From assembly GCF_000189295.2 (NCBI RefSeq), contig NC_016803.1, positions 2,100,001 to 2,132,000 on the forward strand: DNA of 32,000 nucleotides, written 5' to 3'. Under the pieces are notes generated by a model, which worked only from the letters and a program-made list of their open reading frames with translations, searched no databases and was not told the origin of the DNA. The translations under genes were made by a program, and so were the position numbers. The stretch's first letter is position 1, and every line of letters starts with the position of its first letter. The DNA is from Pseudodesulfovibrio mercurii (GTDB taxonomy: Bacteria > Desulfobacterota > Desulfovibrionia > Desulfovibrionales > Desulfovibrionaceae). Shown here piece by piece: positions 17,091-25,768 of the stretch.

Positions 17091-17942
17091 ATGAACATAT
17101 TCACCGAGTCCGTGCCCTTCTACAAGATGCAGGGGTGCGGCAACGACTTTGTCGTCATCGACAACCGCGAACTCGGGGTGCCCGTGTCCGCCATGGCCGA
17201 CTGGGCCAAGGCCGTGTGCGCCCGCGCCTTCGGGGTCTGCGCCGACGGCCTCTTCTTCCTCGAAAACGCCGACAACCCGTCGCTGGCCTTCCGCTGGCAC
17301 TTCTACAACTCCGACGGCTCCCGGGCCGAGATGTGCGGCAACGCCTCGCGCTGCGCCGCCAAGCTGGCCCACGCCATCGGACTGGCCCCGGCCGAACTCG
17401 CCTTCGGCACCGACGCCGGACCGATCCGGGCCAAGGTCCTCCTGGACGGCCCGGAGGAAGGCCGCGTCAAGGTTCAGCTGACCCCGCCCCTCAGGACCGA
17501 AACCGACATCGTCATCGACGTGGACGGCAGCCCGCTGACCGTGCACTTCACGGACACCGGCGTGCCCCACACCGTGGTCTTCGTGGACGACGTGAAGAGC
17601 GTGGACATCATGGACCTCGGCCCCAAGATCCGCTACCACGAACGGTTCGCGCCCGCCGGGACCAACGTCAACTTCGCCCAGGTCCTCGACGAAAAGACCA
17701 TGCTCCTGCGCACCTACGAGCGCGGCGTGGAGGCCGAGACCTACGCCTGCGGCACCGGGGCCGCCGCCACCCAGCTCCTGGCCCACACCCTCGGCCTGAC
17801 CGGTGATCACGCCGACCTGACCACCACCGGCAACGAGGTCCTGACCGTGTTCCTCGAAAACGGCATGGTCTTCCTCCAGGGCGCCGCCGAGCTGACCTTC
17901 CAGGGCGAGTTTTACCTCAAGCCCATGGGCTTGAGCCTGTAA
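17091..17942 (+). CDS. dapF: Diaminopimelate epimerase
   Basis: KMQGCGNDFVVID, the catalytic Cys motifs MCGNASRC and YACGTGAAA, and a 283-aa length. Confidence 0.93.
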   Translation: MNIFTESVPFYKMQGCGNDFVVIDNRELGVPVSAMADWAKAVCARAFGVCADGLFFLENADNPSLAFRWHFYNSDGSRAEMCGNASRCAAKLAHAIGLAPAELAFGTDAGPIRAKVLLDGPEEGRVKVQLTPPLRTETDIVIDVDGSPLTVHFTDTGVPHTVVFVDDVKSVDIMDLGPKIRYHERFAPAGTNVNFAQVLDEKTMLLRTYERGVEAETYACGTGAAATQLLAHTLGLTGDHADLTTTGNEVLTVFLENGMVFLQGAAELTFQGEFYLKPMGLSL

Positions 17943-18014
17943 AACCACCCCGCCGAGACAAAAAAAGGGCCGCTCCTGGGAGCGGCCCTTTTTTTGTCTC
18001 GGCGGGGTGGTTTT
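17941..18014. terminator. 74-bp perfect palindrome; the inner part is a bidirectional rho-independent terminator after dapF
   Basis: The 36-nt arm 17941-17976 (aaaaccaccccgccgagacaaaaaaagggccgctcc) is the exact reverse complement of 17979-18014. The inner stem agggccgctcc/ggagcggccct is flanked by A7 and T7. Confidence 0.8.
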
Positions 18015-18018
18015 ACAG

Positions 18019-18196
18019 GGCGCGGCTTCCGATAGCGGCGCATCTGCACATTTTTTCCGGCCGGGCCAATCCTCACGTAGACGGCTACGCTGCGGTTGCC
18101 CCGGCCGGAAGAAAATGCACAGCCGCACCACTCTCGAAAGCCTGACACCGTGCGTCCTCGTCAAAGAAGAAAAAGCAGGCTGCTCTCCCGCGTTCG
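18019..18196. repeat. Type-1 structured intergenic repeat, copy B
   Basis: Has gcggcttccgatagcggcgcatctgcacattttttccggccgggccaatcctcacgtagacggctacgctgcggttgccccggccggaagaaaatgcacagc... The 3' module gctgctctcccgcgttcgcac is inverted relative to copy A. Confidence 0.8.
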
Positions 18197-18286
18197 CACG
18201 GACCTGCCGAAGGCACCCAAAAAGTTTGGAAGGGGGGGCCAGGGGGGAAACTTTTTTCAAAAGTTTCCCCCCTGGCCGCCGGAGGC
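18197..18286. repeat. Type-2 palindromic intergenic repeat, copy B (abuts the katA stop codon)
   Basis: Has cacggacctgccgaaggcacccaaaaagtttgg, then the palindrome ccaggggggaaacttttttcaaaagtttcccccctgg (18239-18275), then ccgccggaggc. Confidence 0.8.
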
Positions 18287-19800
18287 TATTTAACGGGAGT
18301 CGCGGCGACGCGTTCTTCCTGGGTCATTTGGGCGAGTTTCCTGACGTCGGCGAGTTTGAGTTTGAGGCCCTTGGCCACGCGGGTGCCGTAGTCCTCGTGG
18401 GTCAGGTAGAACAGGGCGCACTGACGCAGCTGGATGGGTTGGGGCACGCTCTGCATGGAGCCCACGATGTTGCTGACCAGGTTTTTGCGGTCCTGTTCGG
18501 TCATGACCACGGAGTAGAGGGTGCCGGGCTGGACGAAGTCGTTGTTGGGGTGGGTGTAGACATGGCGCTGCGCCACGCCCTCCAGGGGGATGTCGGGCTC
18601 GATGCTGACGTTGTCCGGGGCGGGCCCGTCAAAGGAGTTGGGCCAGTAGTTGGGACCGGAACCGCCGTTGTGGTCCACGCGCATGAAGCCGTCGCGCTGG
18701 TAGTTCATCTCCGGCGCGTGCTTGGCCTGGTTGACCGGGATGAGGTGGTAGTTGGGCCCCAGCCGGTGCAGGTGGGTGTCATGGTAGGAGAAGAGACGGC
18801 CCTGGAGCATCTTGTCCGGGGACACGCCGATGCCGGGCACGAGGTTGCTCGGGTTGAAGGCGGCCTGCTCGACCTCGGCGAAGTAATTCTCCGGGTTGCG
18901 GTTGAGCACGAGCTTGCCGACGGTGATGGGCGGGACCTCCTTGTGCGGCCAGACCTTGGTGATGTCGAAGATGTCCCAGGCGAAGTCCTCGGCCTGTTCC
19001 GGGGTCAGGATCTGCATCTCCAGGGTCCAGGACGGGTAATCGCCGCGCGCGATGGCATCGAACAGGTCGCGGGTGGCGTGGTCCGGGTCGGCCGAGCGCA
19101 TGGCCTCGGCCTCTGGCCCGGTCAGGTTTTTGATCCCCTGGTCGGTCTTGAAGTGGTACTGGACCCAGAAGTATTCGCCCTTGGCGTTGTACCACTTGTA
19201 GGTGTGGCTGGAGTAGCCGTTCATGTTCCGGTAGGTGGCCGGGGTGCCCCGGTCCGAGAAGAGGATAGTCACCTGGTGCATGGATTCCGGGGTCAGGGAC
19301 CAGAAGTCCCAGGCCATGGTCGGGCTCTTGAGGTTGGTCAGGGGATCGCGCTTCTGGGTGTGGATGAAGTCCGGGAACTTGAGCGGGTCGCGGATAAAGA
19401 AGACCGGGGTGTTGTTGCCGGTCATGTCGTAGTTGCCCTCTTCGGTGTAAAACTTGAGGGCGAAGCCGCGCGGGTCGCGCTCGGCGTCGGCGCTGCCCTT
19501 TTCGCCGCCCACGGTGGAGAACCGGGCGAAGACCTCGGTCTTTTTGCCCACCTTGGAGAGGAAGGCGGCCTTGGTGTACTTCCGCACGTCGGCCGTGACC
19601 TCGAAGTAGCCGTAGGCCCCCGCCCCCTTGGCGTGGACCACCCGCTCCGGGATGCGCTCCCGGTCGAAGTGCGCCAGCTTTTCGAGCAGGTGGACGTCCT
19701 GCATCAAGGCCGGGCCGCGCCCGCCCGCGGTCATGGTGTTCAAGTCGTTGCCCACGGGGCAACCAAAAGCGCTCGTCAATTTTTTCTTGCTTTTCGGCAT
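18286..19800 (-). CDS. katA: Monofunctional heme catalase (small-subunit type)
   Basis: 504 aa with [24 protein letters not shown], the distal His/Asn region, and [17 protein letters not shown] (proximal Tyr region). Confidence 0.95.
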   Translation of the reverse strand: MPKSKKKLTSAFGCPVGNDLNTMTAGGRGPALMQDVHLLEKLAHFDRERIPERVVHAKGAGAYGYFEVTADVRKYTKAAFLSKVGKKTEVFARFSTVGGEKGSADAERDPRGFALKFYTEEGNYDMTGNNTPVFFIRDPLKFPDFIHTQKRDPLTNLKSPTMAWDFWSLTPESMHQVTILFSDRGTPATYRNMNGYSSHTYKWYNAKGEYFWVQYHFKTDQGIKNLTGPEAEAMRSADPDHATRDLFDAIARGDYPSWTLEMQILTPEQAEDFAWDIFDITKVWPHKEVPPITVGKLVLNRNPENYFAEVEQAAFNPSNLVPGIGVSPDKMLQGRLFSYHDTHLHRLGPNYHLIPVNQAKHAPEMNYQRDGFMRVDHNGGSGPNYWPNSFDGPAPDNVSIEPDIPLEGVAQRHVYTHPNNDFVQPGTLYSVVMTEQDRKNLVSNIVGSMQSVPQPIQLRQCALFYLTHEDYGTRVAKGLKLKLADVRKLAQMTQEERVAATPVK

Positions 19801-19877
19801 GGTTGTCTCCTGGTTCGCGTTAAGGACATGGGAAAAGTTCCCGATTTTCGGCTATGGTTCCGGGGAACATACCACAG

Positions 19878-19902
19878 CTAAATAGTAATCGATAGCATTT
19901 AG
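19878..19902. promoter_or_regulatory. AT-rich imperfect palindrome upstream of katA (candidate peroxide-regulator operator)
   Basis: In CTAAATagtaatcgatagcATTTAG the outer 6-bp arms are exact complements. It is the only AT-rich patch in the katA 5' region, about 80-100 nt from the start codon. Confidence 0.3.
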
Positions 19903-19986
19903 TGCCGATTTTCGGGACCCGAGCCGCACGCAACGCGCAACCGTTGGCGGGAACGGGCTTTTTCGGGCACGATTCCCGCAGGGGAC

Positions 19987-20022
19987 GAAAAAAGGGCGCG
20001 CCATGGGGTCATGGCGCGCCCT
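19987..20022 (-). terminator. Rho-independent terminator after the thioesterase gene
   Basis: 13-bp perfect stem agggcgcgccatg / catggcgcgccct (19993-20005 / 20010-20022), followed on the minus strand by TTTTTT. Confidence 0.8.
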
Positions 20023-20061
20023 TGTCGGTTGCGTGCGGGGGAATGCAGGGGGCGGAGAGGG

Positions 20062-20511
20062 TCAGGGCCGGGCCGCGAGGATGGCCTCGTAGCGCTCGCG
20101 GGAGATGATCCGGTACTCGCCCCGGACCGTGGTGCAGGGCTTGCCGTCCGCGTTGAGGATGCGCCCCTTGAGCTTGAGGGCCGCGCCCTCGCGGGAGGCC
20201 AGGGCGCAGACCACCCGCACCGGCGAGCCGATGTAGACCGGCCGCAGGAAGCGGAAGCTTGCGCTGGCCGTGACCGCCTCCATGACCCCGGTGGCCTCGT
20301 ATCCGGCCCACCACATGGCCTCGTCCAGAAGCCCCATCTGGAGACCGCCGTGGAAGATGTCCCCCTGGCCGCAATACACGGCCTCGGGCGTGTAGTCGGC
20401 GTACACCCCGCCCTGCCCGTCGCGGTGGAAGGTCAGCTTCAGCCCGGACGGGTTGTTCGGGCCGCAAAAGAAACAGGTGCCGTCCGGAAAGGGATTGTCG
20501 ATGGCGCTCAT
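20062..20511 (-). CDS. PaaI-family (hotdog-fold) thioesterase
   Basis: MSAIDNPFPDGTCFFCGPNNPSGLKL...IFHGGLQMGLLDEAMWWA... Start 20511 has a GGAGGA RBS. Confidence 0.75.
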   Translation of the reverse strand: MSAIDNPFPDGTCFFCGPNNPSGLKLTFHRDGQGGVYADYTPEAVYCGQGDIFHGGLQMGLLDEAMWWAGYEATGVMEAVTASASFRFLRPVYIGSPVRVVCALASREGAALKLKGRILNADGKPCTTVRGEYRIISRERYEAILAARP

Positions 20512-20562
20512 CCGTCCTCCATGGTTTCGCCCTGCATACCCCACAAGCCTCCAAACCAAAAG

Positions 20563-20597
20563 GCCCCCGCACGCAAGTACGGGGGCCGTTTTTCGTC
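20563..20597 (-). terminator. Terminator after acs
   Basis: Stem ggcccccg (20572-20579) pairs with cgggggcc (20590-20597), followed on the minus strand by TTTTGGTTTGG. Confidence 0.7.
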
Positions 20598-20668
20598 ATT
20601 GTCCCGGTGAGGCCTTCAAGCGCTCCGCGCAGTTCCCGGCGCAGACGTGCCGCTCTCGGAAGCCGCCG

Positions 20669-22654
<1,986 letters not shown>

Positions 22655-22795
22655 CGAGATGCTCCTGATCTGTACGTTTCTTCGCCTCGCCCGCCTGGCA
22701 CGGGCCGCAACCCACTGGAATGCCGAGTCATGGCGGCTGTCCGCCGGTGACACCCCATCCTCTAGTGAATGGTCATGCGGACCGCTTCCTTTTTT

Positions 22796-22828
22796 AGGTG
22801 AACGGTAAAAATTGGGCAGGTGAACGGT
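22796..22828. promoter_or_regulatory. Exact 11-bp direct repeat aggtgaacggt x2 (22-bp period) upstream of acs
   Basis: Copies at 22796-22806 and 22818-22828 are identical. They lie about 140-175 nt upstream of the acs start. Confidence 0.3.
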
Positions 22829-22849
22829 TTGGCGACGGTGAGCGGTGCG

Positions 22850-23059
22850 GGAGGCGGCTTGCAATAGCGGCGCATCTGCACATTTTTTCCGGCCGGGCCA
22901 ATCCTCACGTAGACGGCTATCGCTGCTGTCGTCATCTCTAAGACCGAGCAAGCTCGGCCTAAGAGCTGAGGCACGCTGCGGTTGCCCCGGCCGGAAGAAA
23001 ATGCACAGCTGCACCACTCCCGCAAGCCTAGTGCGAGCGCGGTAAAAGAGCCGCTGTCC
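22850..23059. repeat. Type-1 structured intergenic repeat, copy C, carrying a 54-nt nested insertion (22920-22973)
   Basis: Same arms as copies A and B. The loop is interrupted after agacggcta by tcgctgctgtcgtcatctctaagaccgagcaagctcggcctaagagctgaggca, which is flanked by cgctgc on both sides. Confidence 0.8.
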
Positions 23060-23097
23060 TCATCCGTAGGGCTCGAAGACTCGCCAACGGCTGAAGG

Positions 23098-23748
23098 CCC
23101 GGAGGCATTCCTAGTCCAGCGCGTGGTTGCCGACGTGGACGACAACGTGATAAAGGAGATCCTGTACGACCCCTTCGGCGGGATCATCGAGGACACCAAC
23201 CCGAGCCTGCGCCTGCCCATCGGCTTCGCGGGCGGCCTCCACGACCGGGACCTGGGGTTCGTCCGATTTGGCTGGCGGGATTACGACGTCAGGACCGGCA
23301 GGTGGACCGCGCCGGACCCCATCGGGGACAAGGGCGGCGACCCGGACTGGTAGGATACTGTTTGGACGACCCGATTAATGGAATTGATCCATTGGGGCTG
23401 TTCCGATTCGGCAAAAAAGGACTGTGGATTCTGCCCGGTATAGGCACCGACGGCTCTACCGCAGACAAAGGAAACTATGAACTCAAACATGAGCACGGTT
23501 TCTATGAGGATGGTACGGGAGACAATGTCGGTTTGTTTAAAGATGGTTTAAAACGGGATCAAGATATCACCAAATACACGCTTGACGAAACACACTTTGG
23601 CGACAAACGAATGAGACAGGCTGAAGAGAGTCTTGATCCGGGAGATTACAAGCTGTGCAAGTGGGGAGGCAACTCCAATAATTGCCAGGATTATGCCGAT
23701 GCTCTGCGCGAACGTTATCGATTCTTACGCACTGCGGAAAAGCACTGA
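23098..23748 (+). pseudogene. Orphan Rhs/YD C-terminal core fragment plus variable toxin tip (cassette 1), disrupted by a 1-nt frameshift at about 23352
   Basis: Frame A reads ...ILYDPFGGIIEDTNPSLRLPIGFAGGLHDRDLGFVRFGWRDYDVRTGRWTAPDPIGDKGGDPDW then TAG (23351-23353). The -1 frame continues (Y)GYCLDDPINGIDPLGL plus a 115-aa tip ending at TGA 23746-23748. There is no upstream Rhs body and the 5' boundary is uncertain. Confidence 0.75.
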
Positions 23749-23797
23749 TGCAACAACAGCCGGGGGACAATTGTCTCCCGGCTGAAAAAGGATTTTT

Positions 23798-24334
23798 ATG
23801 AAAGGGTTAAAGGTATTCCTTCTCTGCCTAGTTCTCGGAGGCGTGTTTTTTTATAATTCCAACTGGTTTCAGTCATTTTTCCTGTACAACCGCTTTTACG
23901 AGAACATAGTTGATGTACCATTCGATGTGACAAAAAAAGGGGAGACGATTTCCTTTTCACTCAAGCACAAGTTCAATACTTGCTATGAATTGAATGTGGG
24001 AGTTCTTGATAAATACATTTTTCATCGTGGCATTGTTGGTCCAGGGGCTTTGAGGTATCGGTTCATTTCAAGAGGTCAAATCATCAAAGAAGGACTCACC
24101 TTTCCAGCGGAACGAAATCATCTCACACTTTATCGAGGGGTTACTTTAATAACCATACTGGTATTCGATCTCCCCTTCCCCGGCGCAGGGAGTGATGTAT
24201 CGCTGGAATTGACAGTAGATACCCCCATGACCTTTCTCAATGAACATGCAGGCAAGATTAGATGCAGCATCCGGCCCAACTATAGTGCAGACAGGGGGGG
24301 CTGCGATGAGGAATTACGAATAGATTCGATATAG
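23798..24334 (+). CDS. Candidate immunity protein for cassette 1 (N-terminal signal/anchor, exported)
   Basis: 178-aa ORF in AT-rich DNA immediately after the toxin tip, with AAGGA 6 nt upstream of the ATG. N-terminal hydrophobic segment LKVFLLCLVLGGVFFY. I recognise no family. Confidence 0.6.
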   Translation: MKGLKVFLLCLVLGGVFFYNSNWFQSFFLYNRFYENIVDVPFDVTKKGETISFSLKHKFNTCYELNVGVLDKYIFHRGIVGPGALRYRFISRGQIIKEGLTFPAERNHLTLYRGVTLITILVFDLPFPGAGSDVSLELTVDTPMTFLNEHAGKIRCSIRPNYSADRGGCDEELRIDSI

Positions 24335-24947
24335 CTCCGAGAGACCCCTTCGGGAGATCATCGAGGACACCAACCCGAGCCTGCGCCTGCCCCTCGGCTT
24401 CGCGGGCGGCCTCCACGACCGGGACCTGGAGTTCGTCCGCTTCGGCTGGCGGGATTATGACGTTCGGACCGGCAGATGGACCGCGCCGGACCCCATCGGC
24501 GACAAGGGCGGCGACCCGGACTGGTACGGCTACTGCCTGGACGACCCGGTGCACGGGGTTGATCCGGCGGGGCTTCGGACAGATATTGTCTATTACGACG
24601 GCCGAGTAGGCCACGTCGCGGTAGCTCCAGGTGGGGGAACCCCGGTTGGAAAATCTCCTGTCGGAGAAAAAGGATTGAGCGCGACAAAAGGGGTTTATAA
24701 AAAGGAAACAGGGGTTCCTATTTCAACAATCGAACTTGATACTACCCCAGAGCAAGAGTCGTACATGAAAGAATACCTGGATAGAGCCCAGAAAAGTAAT
24801 AGTGTCATATATGATTTGATAGATAGGAACTGTGTCAAAGGTGTTAATGACGTACTCGAGTCAGGTGGCTTGGATACCCCTAAGGGGATAAAGGGCATTC
24901 ACCCAGCAACATATATGGACAAATGGAAAAAACTTCTTGACAAATAA
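24324..24947 (+). CDS. Orphan Rhs C-terminal core fragment plus variable toxin tip (cassette 2); intact frame but no canonical start upstream of the core motif
   Basis: Open frame from 24324. It reads ...IIEDTNPSLRLPLGFAGGLHDRDLEFVRFGWRDYDVRTGRWTAPDPIGDKGGDPDWYGYCLDDPVHGVDPAGL plus a 123-aa tip. The first ATG/GTG/TTG in frame is GTG 24549, inside the DPxGL motif region. Confidence 0.7.
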   Translation: MRYSSERPLREIIEDTNPSLRLPLGFAGGLHDRDLEFVRFGWRDYDVRTGRWTAPDPIGDKGGDPDWYGYCLDDPVHGVDPAGLRTDIVYYDGRVGHVAVAPGGGTPVGKSPVGEKGLSATKGVYKKETGVPISTIELDTTPEQESYMKEYLDRAQKSNSVIYDLIDRNCVKGVNDVLESGGLDTPKGIKGIHPATYMDKWKKLLDK

Positions 24948-24981
24948 CACTGGCGGCGGGGAACCACCGCCAGCATTAATT

Positions 24982-25299
24982 ATGAAAAAATTTATACTCT
25001 CATTTTTGACTATTGGATTTTTACTGAGTTGCATCAGTGATATCTTGTTACGCAATAAAATTGCATATCAAATTCCGTTCATATTAAATCCATATACATA
25101 CATTCATTTGGCAACATATGGATATGATTCTATTTTAATTATACTATATGATGTTCTAGCGTATGCTATAAACATCTCCGTCTATACATTATTCGGTTAC
25201 TTGATTGCCGTTGGTAACCGCTTCCATCAGTTTAAATACTTTTTTGTTGCTCTATTTGTCGTATATCAAATTGTTGTTGTAAGCATATTCTGGCACTAA
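24982..25299 (+). CDS. Candidate immunity protein for cassette 2 (small polytopic membrane protein)
   Basis: 105 aa from ATG 24982 (the ORF track begins at TTG 24937). Three to four hydrophobic helices (FILSFLTIGFLLSCI, ILIILYDVLAYAINISVYTLFGYLIAV, FFVALFVVYQIVVVSIFW). Very AT-rich. Confidence 0.6.
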   Translation: MKKFILSFLTIGFLLSCISDILLRNKIAYQIPFILNPYTYIHLATYGYDSILIILYDVLAYAINISVYTLFGYLIAVGNRFHQFKYFFVALFVVYQIVVVSIFWH

Positions 25300-25428
25300 C
25301 CATCGCGCCATCTCTGGCCGCGCCGGGGTTGTCCCGGTTCGGCAACAGGTTCTGGTTTCGTTGCCTTTGCCCGCTTTTTCCTGACAATCGTCCTCAAGAT
25401 ACGCCCTTCCCGCAGAGGAGGCCGGACC

Positions 25429-25638
25429 ATGCTTGATCAGCCCCGATTCCCCCTGTTCGTCATTGGCGACAATGAAGCCCTCGTCTTTCTGAACCAGCGG
25501 GACGTGGGGGTGTTTGTGGAGCGCGACGACGTGGCGGACGGCATCTACCACGGATTCGACTTTGATGGCCGCGCCCTCAACTTCGCCTCCGGCCTGGGCC
25601 AGCTCACCAGAGGCGGCCTGCTCCTCGAAACAAACTAA
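25429..25638 (+). CDS. Hypothetical 69-aa protein
   Basis: ATG preceded by GAGGAGG 7 nt upstream. GC-rich codon usage like the host genome. No motif recognised. Confidence 0.45.
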   Translation: MLDQPRFPLFVIGDNEALVFLNQRDVGVFVERDDVADGIYHGFDFDGRALNFASGLGQLTRGGLLLETN

Positions 25639-25689
25639 CCACGCCCCCGGCACACCCACCCGCGCCCGCACGCCCCCCGCGAAGCGGCG

Positions 25690-25758
25690 CCAAAAAGCTT
25701 TGAAGGGGAGTCCAGAGGGGAAACTTTCTCGAAAGTTTCCCCTCTGGCCGCCGGAGGC
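25690..25758. repeat. Type-2 palindromic intergenic repeat, copy C (5'-truncated)
   Basis: Has ccaaaaagctttgaagg, then the palindrome ccagaggggaaactttctcgaaagtttcccctctgg (25712-25747), then ccgccggaggc. It ends 10 nt before the kinase stop codon. Confidence 0.8.
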
Positions 25759-25768
25759 ATTCCTCCCC

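Noticed and set aside
22696-22711. Sigma-54-like TGGCAC-N5-GCAA element upstream of acs
   Set aside because: The GG-GC spacing is two nt too short relative to TGGCAC-N5-TTGC, and the element is on the plus strand, the wrong orientation for acs.
22655-23017. N-terminal extension of the acs ORF to 23017 (782 aa)
   Set aside because: The extension runs through the type-1 repeat and gives no Acs-like sequence. MTEEEKK at 22654 has a good AGGAGC RBS and yields a typical Acs length of about 661 aa.
22982-23097. ATG 22982 as the start of an intact small Rhs-related gene (ORF 22982-23353)
   Set aside because: The ATG and the first 25 or so codons lie inside the type-1 repeat (the same spurious peptide [15 protein letters not shown] is produced by copy B at 18096). 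The Rhs-like sequence is a 5'-truncated fragment, not a gene with its own start.
23340-23360. Programmed ribosomal frameshift at the cassette 1 junction
   Set aside because: There is no slippery heptamer (X XXY YYZ) or obvious downstream stimulatory structure at ggactggtaggatac. A simple 1-nt deletion relative to cassette 2 explains the shift.
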